DNA from: a virus
Virus record (IMG/VR): IMGVR_UViG_3300047483_000537
Location: 1 to 64,000 of that record
Direction: 5' to 3' (one strand)
DNA: 64,000 nucleotides
A program made the translations under genes and the position numbers. The notes beneath the pieces are model-generated. The model had not been told where the DNA came from, did no database searches, and saw only the letters and a list, made by a program, of their open reading frames with translations. Below, piece after piece: positions 35,694 to 45,196 of this stretch (position 1 is the stretch's first letter; each line of letters opens with the position of its first letter).

Positions 35694-36452
35694 TTAATTA
35701 TTATAAGCTAAAATAACTTGCTTACACATTTGTGATCTAACAATATCTTCATCACGAAAACTAACGACACTAACTCCTTCAATATGTTGTAAACGCTTTA
35801 CAGCGTCCATAAGACCTGAATCTGAAATGTCTGTTTGTTTTGGATCTCCTGATAGGATTACTTTACAGTTTTTTCCGATGCGTGATAAGAGCATCTTGAA
35901 TTCTGTTTTGGTTAAGTTTTGGGCTTCGTCTACAAGAATAATACAATTCTCAAAACTAGCTCCACGCATAAACCCCAGCGGTTTAGGATCAATATCTTTA
36001 GCCCTCAAGGAATATTCATAAAAACCTTTGCCAAGTGCTTTAGTAAACACTTGGTCAAAAGGTTGTAGATATGGTGCATATTTCTCGTCCAGCTCTCCTG
36101 GCAAGAATCCCATACCGCGTCCTGTTTCTACGTTAGGACGTGTTAGAATAATTTTATTTACACGTTTGTAATACAGTTCTGCTGCAGCGTAACTAGCAGC
36201 TATATATGTTTTACCTGTACCGGCGCTGCCTATGCCAAAGATAATATCTGAATCTTCGATTGCATTTAGGTACTCGCTTTGAATGAAGTTTAGTGGCTGA
36301 ACTTCTTTAAACGTATAATTACGTTGAGGTATTGGTTCTGCAAACCCTTCCTCGTGCTCTTTACGCAGCCTGGCTTTTTCCTCATTAGATATGTGGTTGC
36401 CGGACTTTTTACTTGGAAATGTGCGATGTGTTTTACCACTATTTCTTGCCAT
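35694..36452 (-). CDS. phoH: PhoH-family ATPase
   Basis: GSAGTGKT, TRP.VE, GFLPG, FMRGASF, DEAQN, GD..QTD, DIVRS. Confidence 0.95.
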   Translation of the reverse strand: MARNSGKTHRTFPSKKSGNHISNEEKARLRKEHEEGFAEPIPQRNYTFKEVQPLNFIQSEYLNAIEDSDIIFGIGSAGTGKTYIAASYAAAELYYKRVNKIILTRPNVETGRGMGFLPGELDEKYAPYLQPFDQVFTKALGKGFYEYSLRAKDIDPKPLGFMRGASFENCIILVDEAQNLTKTEFKMLLSRIGKNCKVILSGDPKQTDISDSGLMDAVKRLQHIEGVSVVSFRDEDIVRSQMCKQVILAYNN

Positions 36453-36493
36453 GAACTTCCTTATTTTTGGATAGACGTTGAAGTGAATATTAA

Positions 36494-36522
36494 ATTATAC
36501 CACCTCAACACCTTGTGGTCAA
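36494..36522 (-). promoter_or_regulatory. Sigma70-type promoter with extended -10
   Basis: TTGACC-N17-TATAAT, GTGG before -10. Confidence 0.75.
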
Positions 36523-36530
36523 TATAAAAT

Positions 36531-36716
36531 TTACTTAGCCTGTTTGTCCGGTACTTTAGTACCTTCTAACTTCTTGTGTACTTTGACGTCTTTACAAACT
36601 TCCTTGACTTTTTTAGTTTTAGGATCGGTTTGCTCTACACAAACTTTCTTTGTTTCCGCAGCAAAAATGCTGGCGCCAAAGCAAGTTAATGCTACTGCTA
36701 AAATTATTGATTTCAT
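36531..36716 (-). CDS. Small exported protein
   Basis: Signal peptide, Cys pair, K-rich. Confidence 0.65.
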   Translation of the reverse strand: MKSIILAVALTCFGASIFAAETKKVCVEQTDPKTKKVKEVCKDVKVHKKLEGTKVPDKQAK

Positions 36717-37172
36717 TTAAATCTCCGGTTGAGGTGCTGGTTGAGGTGCTGGCTTACCATTAATCATACGAACTTCCATTACTGCGGTACCGTTAAACCC
36801 TGCTGTAGTAGATAGTCCTGGTGAAAAAGTAGGCTCCTGTCTGGGAGGTACATAGCTGGTTTTTGCAGCTGCTGCGGCGTTATCTTGTGCTTGCTTCATT
36901 AATGCGATTGAAGCATCAACTTCTTCTTTACTGCCGCCTGCCAACATAATTCCCGATAACGTGCCTGTTAAAAATGTAGCAATTGGTACAATTAGTTCAA
37001 AAAACTTTTGATCAATAGGACTAATAGCATTTAGTGGTTGTGTTACAAAGATTAGGCTGTAAAGCACAACAAAAACAATTCCTGTTAGTGTAAGTGCCAA
37101 GCACACACCAATAAAGAATTTAAGACGAGCCATCAATTGCTCGTCTGTGTATAAGATAACATTATTTTGCAC
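36717..37172 (-). CDS. Two-TM membrane protein (possible holin)
   Basis: Two TM helices; ATFLTGTLSGIML. Confidence 0.65.
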   Translation of the reverse strand: MQNNVILYTDEQLMARLKFFIGVCLALTLTGIVFVVLYSLIFVTQPLNAISPIDQKFFELIVPIATFLTGTLSGIMLAGGSKEEVDASIALMKQAQDNAAAAAKTSYVPPRQEPTFSPGLSTTAGFNGTAVMEVRMINGKPAPQPAPQPEI

Positions 37173-37431
37173 AAGTAACTCCTGTGGTTGGTGTGGGTGT
37201 GGCTGCCGCTGGCGTTGCCTGAGGGTCTATACGTGGGTCTCGTTGACCTTTAAAAACGTGGTCTGGGCATGTGCGAGTTACATCACAGATAGGTCGCTTG
37301 CACTGAGGTGTATCCCAGTTTTCTGGATTTTGACATGGGTAACGAAAACGATCTCCACCAAAAAATGCAAGTGCAACTGGTAGTATTAATAATACTCCTA
37401 GCCACTTAAATAGTTTTAAATCTACATTCAT
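37162..37431 (-). CDS. Membrane-anchored Cys-rich protein
   Basis: DRFRYPCQNP.NW...C..P.C....TCP. Confidence 0.65.
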   Translation of the reverse strand: MNVDLKLFKWLGVLLILPVALAFFGGDRFRYPCQNPENWDTPQCKRPICDVTRTCPDHVFKGQRDPRIDPQATPAAATPTPTTGVTCAK

Positions 37432-37432
37432 A

Positions 37433-37996
37433 TTATTTTCCTGCTAGTGGATTGTCGATTGCTTTTTGAATCTTATCATCAACACTTTTATTTAAGCGTT
37501 CTAGTTTTGTTTCTAAATCGCGCTTTAATTTGTCCATGTCATCTCTGTTACGATCTAAACTATTACGCAAGTCTTTTTGAGCTGTTTTTAAATCTTGATC
37601 AGTTTCTCGCTGAGCCTGCTTAACGCTTCGCTCTATTTGTTCGGTTACGCTCTCATTACGACGTAGATCAGTTTTAAGATCATTTTTTATATCGCGAGTA
37701 TAGTCACTGGTTTTTTGCGAGTTTTCTTCAATAACAGCTAACCGCTTGTCAAATTCACTAAGATCTGGAGCCGAGTATTCGGCAATCTTTTTCTTCATGC
37801 TCTGGTAGTCTTTGTAAACTTCAAAAGCACCGTATAGTCCGCCCAATGTAGAGCTAACAATTGTAAAAGCTACCATTAATTTAGCAGGAGTAAATTCATA
37901 TCCGCCAATACTAATAACGGTATCTTTACTAGCATATTTTTTAGCGGCTGCTTCTAGTTCAGCAACTTTTTTGTCTATATTTTTATCATCAGACAT
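37433..37996 (-). CDS. Membrane-anchored coiled-coil protein
   Basis: TM helix, long heptads, C-terminal KAIDNPL. Confidence 0.7.
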   Translation of the reverse strand: MSDDKNIDKKVAELEAAAKKYASKDTVISIGGYEFTPAKLMVAFTIVSSTLGGLYGAFEVYKDYQSMKKKIAEYSAPDLSEFDKRLAVIEENSQKTSDYTRDIKNDLKTDLRRNESVTEQIERSVKQAQRETDQDLKTAQKDLRNSLDRNRDDMDKLKRDLETKLERLNKSVDDKIQKAIDNPLAGK

Positions 37997-38004
37997 TATA
38001 CCTC

Positions 38005-38415
38005 CTATTTGTTCTCAAATTTTAAATTTTTGAGATTTTCCAGCTCTCGCTCTAGTTTTTGAATTTCTATACGTTTTTTTCGCAGTTCCAACTGGTAAAG
38101 CTCATTACAATCTAGTCGATCTTTTGGAGCTCCTATTGGTATAGTAATTCTTCCGTAAACACCGACATTTCTGCTCGGATCATTTGTAGCAGTACTAACA
38201 ATAGTAGTATCTCTATTTATAACACCTACTACGCCAAACTCAACGTTAGTACTAGAACCTATAGCCATTGAGCAGTCAAGACCATTGGCACGAAAGCTAT
38301 CGGATTGATAACTACTGTACGAACCTGGTAGTGCTAAATTTAGTGAACCTGTTTGAGCATTTACTATTGAAGTTCCTAACAAGCAAATAAATAAGAGGTA
38401 CTTGTTAATATTCAT
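38005..38415 (-). CDS. Exported protein: Cys-beta-hairpin-Cys + coiled coil
   Basis: Signal peptide; VEFGVVGVI...VGVYGRITIPIG; DCNELYQLEL. Confidence 0.7.
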   Translation of the reverse strand: MNINKYLLFICLLGTSIVNAQTGSLNLALPGSYSSYQSDSFRANGLDCSMAIGSSTNVEFGVVGVINRDTTIVSTATNDPSRNVGVYGRITIPIGAPKDRLDCNELYQLELRKKRIEIQKLERELENLKNLKFENK

Positions 38416-38801
38416 GGTTTAACTTTTGAACAAATTTTACTAGCTATAAGGCTCTGTCTAGTGTTATTTCGAAACAGTCTAGATTCTGTACATATATACA
38501 CCACACGTTTAACATCTTGAGTTTTAACATATATATCTATATTTTTAGTCTCAAGATATTCTACACGTAAAATCTTGCTATCGGAACTAGCAAAAGTTAC
38601 AGGCCGCCAATCTTCATCAAATACACCAAGCTCATAGTAAGAAACCTCTTGTCGCTTGTTAAATAGTTCCATTTTTGTTTGCATTACTCCGTCTATAAAT
38701 GACGTCTCAAACTTAGGATAAGTAGGAGTGAACTGGTGAGCAGAAACCTGCCCACCAAATAAAAATAGTACAAACACTAATAAAGTGTAGTAAAAACGCA
38801 T
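38412..38801 (-). CDS. Exported Ig-like protein, possible pilus-chaperone-like
   Basis: Signal peptide; MELFNKR..VSYYE, YICTES, SKICSK. Confidence 0.5.
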   Translation of the reverse strand: MRFYYTLLVFVLFLFGGQVSAHQFTPTYPKFETSFIDGVMQTKMELFNKRQEVSYYELGVFDEDWRPVTFASSDSKILRVEYLETKNIDIYVKTQDVKRVVYICTESRLFRNNTRQSLIASKICSKVKP

Positions 38802-38805
38802 TATA

Positions 38806-39303
38806 TTACAGAGCTATACACTCCGCTAACACTACAGCTCGATACTCTCCTGCAGGGAAAGATTTATCGTAGCCGTATTCTGCTTTTGATGTTGCGGCAA
38901 ACCAAACAGTACCTGGTACAGTTAAATTGATTTCGGTAATATTATTATATACGCGCTTGTTAGTGGTATAGGCTGACATAGCTGGATCTGTAACACGGCT
39001 TACAGTAACGGCACCTGCCCAATTTACAACATCCGTTAATCCTGGACTTGAAGTAAATGCATTTGGCGTTGTTATTGTTGCTTTGTAGTATCCTGCTTGA
39101 ACTACGTCATAGCGAATAACAGCTGGAGCACCACCGTCTACGGCGGCCGTGCTTAAGACATTTGGTGTAGGGTTACCATAAATACCTACTGTATCTGTGT
39201 TAATAACACATTTAGAAGATACAACTCCACGGATTGGCACTTCGGCTGAATTTACGCCGAATGAGATAGCTAGTGCCATTGCTAATAGTATCGATTTAAT
39301 CAT
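38806..39303 (-). CDS. Exported pilin-like protein (chaperone-usher/SCPU subunit-like)
   Basis: Signal peptide; I.G.V.SKC.I near N-terminus; C-terminal PAGEYRAVV. Confidence 0.55.
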   Translation of the reverse strand: MIKSILLAMALAISFGVNSAEVPIRGVVSSKCVINTDTVGIYGNPTPNVLSTAAVDGGAPAVIRYDVVQAGYYKATITTPNAFTSSPGLTDVVNWAGAVTVSRVTDPAMSAYTTNKRVYNNITEINLTVPGTVWFAATSKAEYGYDKSFPAGEYRAVVLAECIAL

Positions 39304-40150
39304 TTCTTGGTCCTCTGAGATTATATTGTGACTCAACCATTGTATTATGCAACTGCTGCTGGCTTAGATTTAGTCTTTGACTATTTCGGCTGTCGGGCAG
39401 AACTTTGTCCCTATACTTTATGGTTTCTTGATAAACACCACCAGGTAAAGCTACTGTGTATAGTTTAAAATCTGGTATATTATTTAGTGCTTCAAGTGCA
39501 GCGGCTTGAGCAGCTGCTTGTGCAGTTATCAAAGAGTTGCTGCTCTTATTGTCTTTAAGCTTCTTTTCTTTCGGCTCAGTTAATCCGAAACGACGATTTG
39601 TTTCTAGGGCTTCTTCACTATCATAGCTGTACTTAGCAAATTGTGGCAATGTGTCAGAGTTTAGTTCTGGTAATTTTGTTTGCGGTAATTTATAGTTTGG
39701 ACAACTTGTGTCAGTAACGGGCTCTAATTTACAAGTATCATACCTATACCCATAGCTTACAAAAGGGTCTGTGACACTGCCTTGTCCTTGAACAGTGATT
39801 TCTCCACGACCCCAGCTTGTAACCGGAATATTATCAACTGGTACTATTTTTGTTATAGTATTTCCAGGCCTTGCTGTCCAATCGTCCACACTACGAAAAA
39901 CATATCCGTTGCCATTTGTATGAAGGTTTTGTATACTAACCACCATTGGATCTTCTGTATTTTTAACAGTAGTATATCGGTAATTAACACTGTTTACTGT
40001 TAACCCTGTGTACTGTGGAAGTACTTTGGTCATAGTCCACGATAAACCAAAAGCGGCGGCATTTGAAGTTTTATCAGTAATAGTTTCAGAGTAAGAGTAG
40101 CAAGAGCAGAACCATAAGGCCACCACCACCAAGTAGTGTTTTAGTTTCAT
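39296..40150 (-). CDS. Exported beta-rich protein (possible adhesin/tip)
   Basis: Signal peptide; beta-rich N-terminal domain, DTC..P.TD.SCP.Y. Confidence 0.55.
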   Translation of the reverse strand: MKLKHYLVVVALWFCSCYSYSETITDKTSNAAAFGLSWTMTKVLPQYTGLTVNSVNYRYTTVKNTEDPMVVSIQNLHTNGNGYVFRSVDDWTARPGNTITKIVPVDNIPVTSWGRGEITVQGQGSVTDPFVSYGYRYDTCKLEPVTDTSCPNYKLPQTKLPELNSDTLPQFAKYSYDSEEALETNRRFGLTEPKEKKLKDNKSSNSLITAQAAAQAAALEALNNIPDFKLYTVALPGGVYQETIKYRDKVLPDSRNSQRLNLSQQQLHNTMVESQYNLRGPRND

Positions 40151-40631
40151 TGCTTATACCTCCACTGTTTGTTTTGGTACTTGGCTGTAGGCCTTCATTA
40201 GCCTTCCAAGCAGCACGTGCTTCCGAACCAATCGACCCGTCAAATGGACAAGGGGTACCTGCCATCATCATAGCATCAAACACTCGTCTGTCTTGGCATA
40301 GCGTGCTTACCGCAGCTACTTTCATACCCATGTCATAAAGTGTTTTTGATAATTTTAGTCGTTCACAATTAAGGTCCACTACTGTAGCACCAGCACTAAT
40401 ACCCAGGATTTGAGTTTGTACAGCACCGGCTACACCAACAGTACACAAGTCACTATTGGCTGTATTAATAGTAGGACTAATAGCGGATGCTGGTGGTGAT
40501 TTAATAGTGCTGTTACTATCGGATTTAGTAGTAACAGTGCTATTGGTATTTACTACTGCATCTTGAGCTAATACTCCACTTGCAAATAGTACTAGAAGTA
40601 GTATTGCTACAAAATATTTAAGTTGAAGCAA
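40086..40631 (-). CDS. Exported Cys-rich protein with C-terminal hydrophobic tail
   Basis: Signal peptide; SPP.SAISP, DLC...GAVQTQILGISAG...NCERLK, LCQD.RV, GTPCP. Confidence 0.7.
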   Translation of the reverse strand: MLQLKYFVAILLLVLFASGVLAQDAVVNTNSTVTTKSDSNSTIKSPPASAISPTINTANSDLCTVGVAGAVQTQILGISAGATVVDLNCERLKLSKTLYDMGMKVAAVSTLCQDRRVFDAMMMAGTPCPFDGSIGSEARAAWKANEGLQPSTKTNSGGISNETKTLLGGGGLMVLLLLLLL

Positions 40632-40632
40632 C

Positions 40633-41259
40633 TTATCCTCCTAGTACATGCAATGCATGTTCGTAGTGTTTTTTCCGATCTTCTAGGCCGATAGTGCCGC
40701 CATTAATGCGCTTAGTTAGCATTAGAATATCACCAGCATCTGCCCATTGATTTAGTTTATTGGTTTCCCAAAACCAGCAGGCTGATTGTGCTGCACCTTC
40801 AAATGTTTCCAAGTATTCTGCAGCTTCTTCTACACTAATACCTAGTGAGGCTGCAAACCAAGTGTAGTTATCCTTGCCAGTTAACTGAATTAGGCCTTTA
40901 CCTGCAAAACGCCAGCCATCACCGGATTCTGGAGGTCCGTTGCCCATGCGATTAGCATATACTAAGTTGGCAATTGCTTGTTGCTTGTTGGGCATTGTGG
41001 CATATTTCTGTGCCATTTCATCCGTGGGAAAATACTTGGGAAATATTTTTCGTAGCGTGACTGCTTTGTAGTTTAGATTTTCACGTAGCGCAGTAAAGTT
41101 TCCGGATTCGTGAGCACACTGTGCTACAAAAGCAGCAATACGACGCGGAGTGTTAATCTCGTAGTCTGGCAGTAATTGAGCTAACGCCTGATGCCACTGT
41201 TTGACATAAGGGTTTTTAGGGATCAATTGTTGCAATTGAGATAATGTTAGTTCTGTCAC
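40633..41259 (-). CDS. Endolysin, glycoside hydrolase family 19
   Basis: AQCAHES, ENLNY, YANRMGN, DGWRF.G.GLIQLTG, INGG..GL.DR. Confidence 0.92.
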   Translation of the reverse strand: MTELTLSQLQQLIPKNPYVKQWHQALAQLLPDYEINTPRRIAAFVAQCAHESGNFTALRENLNYKAVTLRKIFPKYFPTDEMAQKYATMPNKQQAIANLVYANRMGNGPPESGDGWRFAGKGLIQLTGKDNYTWFAASLGISVEEAAEYLETFEGAAQSACWFWETNKLNQWADAGDILMLTKRINGGTIGLEDRKKHYEHALHVLGG

Positions 41260-41522
41260 TTTAGTCCCTTATGGATAAGTTGTTGTTGTTGATACCACTG
41301 CTGCCAGGCTTCTAATTTAACTACACACTGATAGTATTGTGTATAGTTACGATTAATAATTTGAGCTACTTGACTCAACGTAGGGTTTTCTGCAAGAGCT
41401 TCAAGTTCTGGGCAAGGTTGCTGGCTTTGCAGACCTGGGGGCTCCGGCCACTTCTGGGTAACGGGTACAACTGTGGAGCACCCAGTTAAAAATAGTGTTA
41501 ATACTAGCAGTGCAATTTTCAT
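41256..41522 (-). CDS. o-spanin (lipoprotein)
   Basis: Lipobox LTGC, Pro-rich, adjacent to endolysin. Confidence 0.8.
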   Translation of the reverse strand: MKIALLVLTLFLTGCSTVVPVTQKWPEPPGLQSQQPCPELEALAENPTLSQVAQIINRNYTQYYQCVVKLEAWQQWYQQQQLIHKGLK

Positions 41523-41938
41523 TTAGGTGCCTTTGCTGCTAAGTTATGCGCTGTAACAAACTCAACAGGTATCTGACAGCCTGAGTCGTGTTTTGTTATT
41601 TCGCGGGTAATATATTCAACTGTGGCTTCACCACGTTGTTTTATAATCTGAGTTTTAGTAACTACACGCTCTTTTATAACTTCATTTACTTGTTGTGACT
41701 TTGCTTCTGCAACTTCAACTTTATGTTGCAAATCTTTGGCGGCTTGTTTCCATACACCATTAGCATATAACAGTCCAATTATAAAAATTATTACGCATGC
41801 CAGTATACCACTAACAATTTTGACAGGCAGTTGATATGTTTTTATAGGAACCAAATGCGATAAAAAATATCCGGAAAATCCAGCTATTAATAACAACCCC
41901 CACAACCAATGTGGAAAAATTTCTAAAATCCAAAACAT
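41519..41938 (-). CDS. i-spanin
   Basis: N-terminal TM, helical periplasmic part, C-terminal Cys; precedes o-spanin. Confidence 0.75.
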   Translation of the reverse strand: MFWILEIFPHWLWGLLLIAGFSGYFLSHLVPIKTYQLPVKIVSGILACVIIFIIGLLYANGVWKQAAKDLQHKVEVAEAKSQQVNEVIKERVVTKTQIIKQRGEATVEYITREITKHDSGCQIPVEFVTAHNLAAKAPK

Positions 41939-41961
41939 TTATTTTGCCTTTGTAAATTTAA

Positions 41962-42720
41962 TTACGATTTTATTAATCGTATTACCCTCCAACTTACATC
42001 CAGCTCCCACCATTTTTCACCAAAATTGGGTCTGCCAGGAAACCGGTGATGATTATTATGCCAGCCTTCGCCCCACGAGAAAAAAGCCAATAAAGGATTA
42101 TTTCTACTATCGTCGGAGGTTGCATATCGTTGCATACCGTAAGTGTGTCCAAAAAAGTTAGCTGCAGCGCTGCCTAAAAAAACAAATGCCACTGGTACAA
42201 AGTGTCCAAAGATTACGCCGTTGAGTCCAAATAGCGCATACAAAGCCAGCACCCACACAATATGCAATGCTAAAAAATACTTGTGTAGTATGCGATAAAA
42301 CGGATCACGAAGCATTCTAAATACGGTTTTGCTGCGCGTTTTTTCGGAAGTTTTATAATTAAGCATCCACATATTTAGCGCACCGTTTTTAGGCGAATGA
42401 GGATCGCGGCTAGTATCAGAAAACTTATGATGATTGATGTGTTCAGCAACCCAGGAAATTGCACTACCAGTACCTGCCAAATGACCAAAAAACGCAAACA
42501 CGCGCTCTTTCCAAATAGACATTTTAAAACTATTGTGGGTAAGGTACCTGTGAAAAGTTACTGCAATACCTAAACATCCATATAAAAAGTAAAGCGCTAC
42601 TGCAAGTGCCCAATGTGCTGCAGAGCCTCCTTGGTACAAAGCGTACGCAAGCATTGCAGTAGAGATCGCCCCAACAATCCTAAACTTTACAGGGGTCATT
42701 GTAAAAAATGAATTAATCAT
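41962..42720 (-). CDS. Membrane fatty-acid (delta-9 type) desaturase
   Basis: His boxes HRYLTH, HINHH, GEGWHNNHH; DPHSP. Confidence 0.92.
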   Translation of the reverse strand: MINSFFTMTPVKFRIVGAISTAMLAYALYQGGSAAHWALAVALYFLYGCLGIAVTFHRYLTHNSFKMSIWKERVFAFFGHLAGTGSAISWVAEHINHHKFSDTSRDPHSPKNGALNMWMLNYKTSEKTRSKTVFRMLRDPFYRILHKYFLALHIVWVLALYALFGLNGVIFGHFVPVAFVFLGSAAANFFGHTYGMQRYATSDDSRNNPLLAFFSWGEGWHNNHHRFPGRPNFGEKWWELDVSWRVIRLIKS

Positions 42721-43400
42721 TTGGTTCTCTTTATAAGATGATCTCGAATCATATCTCTGGCTTGGGCTTTTGTTTCTGGAGTTTTGATATTTAACTTTTT
42801 TACTGCTGCTTGTCGACGAGCTAACTTTTCCTTGAACACAGCATCTACAACTGTCCAGACCATAGTGCGATTTTTACCATAAGGCGTATCTGCACTGTCT
42901 CCACGCTGTAAGTATTCAGAAAAGTTCATGGTCTGTGGAACTTTGTAGCAAACACCATTGTTTTGATTTTTGCAAGTTTCACAGATTGTGGTATGTGGTT
43001 TTACATAAAACCGCCAGTTAGCCTTGCGAAAGCCATGCATAAACAGTGTAGTAGTACCAAGGCTTACACCGGTAAGTCTGTGAGTCTGTTTGTAACTTAA
43101 ACGCGCAAAGTTCCACTTTTTTGTAGTACGTTGTTCCGTATAGTTAATACTTTCGGTATACTCACCTTGAAGTAGTAAACTAACACTATTCCAAGGATGG
43201 CTATGCTCGTCTTCACCATCAGGTTCTGAACTTTTAAAAATATGTATATAAGCGTTTGGTAAGTAGTCTAACCATCTTGGATTATCCATGCGATCGCGGT
43301 ATAAAAGATAGTATCTATGCCAGTAAACTTTCCCATAGGCATCAACAAGTGCCTCATGCCTGCCAAGTTTTTCAAGCAGCATTAATAAAAATTTAAGCAT
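42717..43400 (-). CDS. Cupin-like protein
   Basis: YIH.F..S.PD..HSHPW..S.LL.G.Y.E ... THR; C-terminal CxxC. Confidence 0.65.
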   Translation of the reverse strand: MLKFLLMLLEKLGRHEALVDAYGKVYWHRYYLLYRDRMDNPRWLDYLPNAYIHIFKSSEPDGEDEHSHPWNSVSLLLQGEYTESINYTEQRTTKKWNFARLSYKQTHRLTGVSLGTTTLFMHGFRKANWRFYVKPHTTICETCKNQNNGVCYKVPQTMNFSEYLQRGDSADTPYGKNRTMVWTVVDAVFKEKLARRQAAVKKLNIKTPETKAQARDMIRDHLIKRTK

Positions 43401-43402
43401 AT

Positions 43403-43909
43403 TTATTCTAAAAACGCAAAACCATATACATTGTTAAAAGCAACAATTTCAATAGCAGAATTACTGGTTTGTAAGCAACCTGGAGTGGTCACTGCTTGAC
43501 CATTTACTGTGGCAGTACCGTCACATAAAAACAGTTTGCTGCCAACTGGAAAGGATTGTGAAGCTCCGGCAGCTATATTAATAGGCAGTACATTTGGCAA
43601 CTGTTTTTGATTAAAAACATAGTTAATACACCACCACTGTGTATTTCCTACTGCAGTAAATTTAAACTGCCCTTGTCTGATAGGGTTTAAGTTTTGACTG
43701 AACGTACCTGGCGGTCTATCAAGAACAGGCAAGTTATCTGTTATAGCTTCACCTATTAATAATCCTTTAGTGTATAAAGTAATATTAGCTGCTTCTGTAC
43801 GAGAACCAGTTTTGCTTGTTGTAACAAGAAATGAATACCCATCCAGACACTCTGCTTTATGCACTTTCCAATCAAATGCTTTGTAAACGGTGTATACAAT
43901 ATTAGACAT
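43403..43909 (-). CDS. Hypothetical beta-rich protein
   Basis: ORF in late operon. Confidence 0.65.
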   Translation of the reverse strand: MSNIVYTVYKAFDWKVHKAECLDGYSFLVTTSKTGSRTEAANITLYTKGLLIGEAITDNLPVLDRPPGTFSQNLNPIRQGQFKFTAVGNTQWWCINYVFNQKQLPNVLPINIAAGASQSFPVGSKLFLCDGTATVNGQAVTTPGCLQTSNSAIEIVAFNNVYGFAFLE

Positions 43910-44211
43910 TACACGTCCGTTATAGTAAGATTAATTACACTAGAAGAATCATCTGGTTGAACAACTGCTGGAACTACTGTTGCAGCAACTGTGCCTGTTA
44001 TGCCTATACTAGGTACGACTACCGGCTGTGAAAGCTCTTGCCAGTAAGCGACGGGAGCATACATCTGGATAACTGCTTCAAGAGTTTCTCCTTCGTATGG
44101 CAACCTTGTTCCAATATGCATAGTTGGATGTCCCGTGGCAGAGTATACAACCTCCATGCAACGGGCTGTTGGATCGACTGAAATAATTTCGTATGTGTAT
44201 TCAATGCTCAT
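43909..44211 (-). CDS. Tail-fibre-associated small protein
   Basis: Follows Gly-rich tip gene; Y.IISVD....MEV.Y. Confidence 0.55.
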   Translation of the reverse strand: MSIEYTYEIISVDPTARCMEVVYSATGHPTMHIGTRLPYEGETLEAVIQMYAPVAYWQELSQPVVVPSIGITGTVAATVVPAVVQPDDSSSVINLTITDV

Positions 44212-45146
44212 GCAATTGCTCCTAAGCGTGTTCCTGTGGCAAGCCACGTAATGTTTGCGTTACCAGCTACGGCAGCACCTGCACCACCGCCACTGCCTCC
44301 AGCTGTTACTGGATAGCTTGGTCCAGCACCACTTGCACCAGCCGAGCCAGCTGCACCCCAACCGCCGCCAGCTCCACCAGCACCACCTTGATACTGAGAG
44401 TTAGGTGCAGCACCAGATTGGCCACCACTACCAGCTGCAGTAGTTGTTCCAGAGCCGCCTGCGGTAGCTGATCTAGATTGTGATCCATATGAGTTACCAG
44501 CAGGACCGCCTGTGGAACCAGTGCTGCCGCTGCGGCCACCGCCACCACCACCACCGCCCCAGCCGAATGAGGCCGGATTGTTTTTGTCACCAAGTTCGTA
44601 AACTTGGCCACCACCACCGCCACCGCCACCACCACCACCTATTGTTCCGTTGTTTCGTATTGCAACAGCCACAGAAGCAATCAATGCACGTCCACCAGTT
44701 GCACCGGCACCACCAACAGAACCTTGTGTCATACCTGCAGCACCGTTGCCGCCGAAACCACCCATACCAACGATAAATCCGTTGTTTACAAGTTCTACAC
44801 CATTAGGAAACGATCCGTTAATGGTCAGAGCTGTAGTTCCAGTATTACTACTACTAATATAAACACCACTGTTTATAGTAGCAACAACCTTAGTAGACTG
44901 ATTCCAGCCAGCATTTACTGCTAGTGTACGCAGGTTTGCCGCAGTTTGATTAGCGGATATAGTAAATGCAAATTGGTTGACTTTGCCATAACCACTTTGC
45001 ATTGAAATAGTGGTTGTAGGGTTTGAGACTCCCAAAAACAAAACACGAACCGCTGGATCGTTCATGCTGATTGCAGCAGTAGCAGAACGCCCCAGTTCAA
45101 CGTTGACCTGAGACAGCGAAATTGCACCGGATGCTGGTAATGCCAT
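44208..45146 (-). CDS. Glycine-rich tail tip/adhesin (gp38-like polyglycine)
   Basis: MALPASGAIS N-terminus; NNGFIVGMGG, GGGGGGGGG, G.RLGA end. Confidence 0.75.
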   Translation of the reverse strand: MALPASGAISLSQVNVELGRSATAAISMNDPAVRVLFLGVSNPTTTISMQSGYGKVNQFAFTISANQTAANLRTLAVNAGWNQSTKVVATINSGVYISSSNTGTTALTINGSFPNGVELVNNGFIVGMGGFGGNGAAGMTQGSVGGAGATGGRALIASVAVAIRNNGTIGGGGGGGGGGGQVYELGDKNNPASFGWGGGGGGGGRSGSTGSTGGPAGNSYGSQSRSATAGGSGTTTAAGSGGQSGAAPNSQYQGGAGGAGGGWGAAGSAGASGAGPSYPVTAGGSGGGAGAAVAGNANITWLATGTRLGAIA

Positions 45147-45170
45147 ATATAAATCCTTATAGCTTAAATA

Positions 45171-45193
45171 AAAGCGGCACTAGGCCGCTTTTG
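45171..45193. terminator. Intrinsic terminator
   Basis: AAAAGCGGC/GCCGCTTTT. Confidence 0.7.
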
Positions 45194-45196
45194 TAA

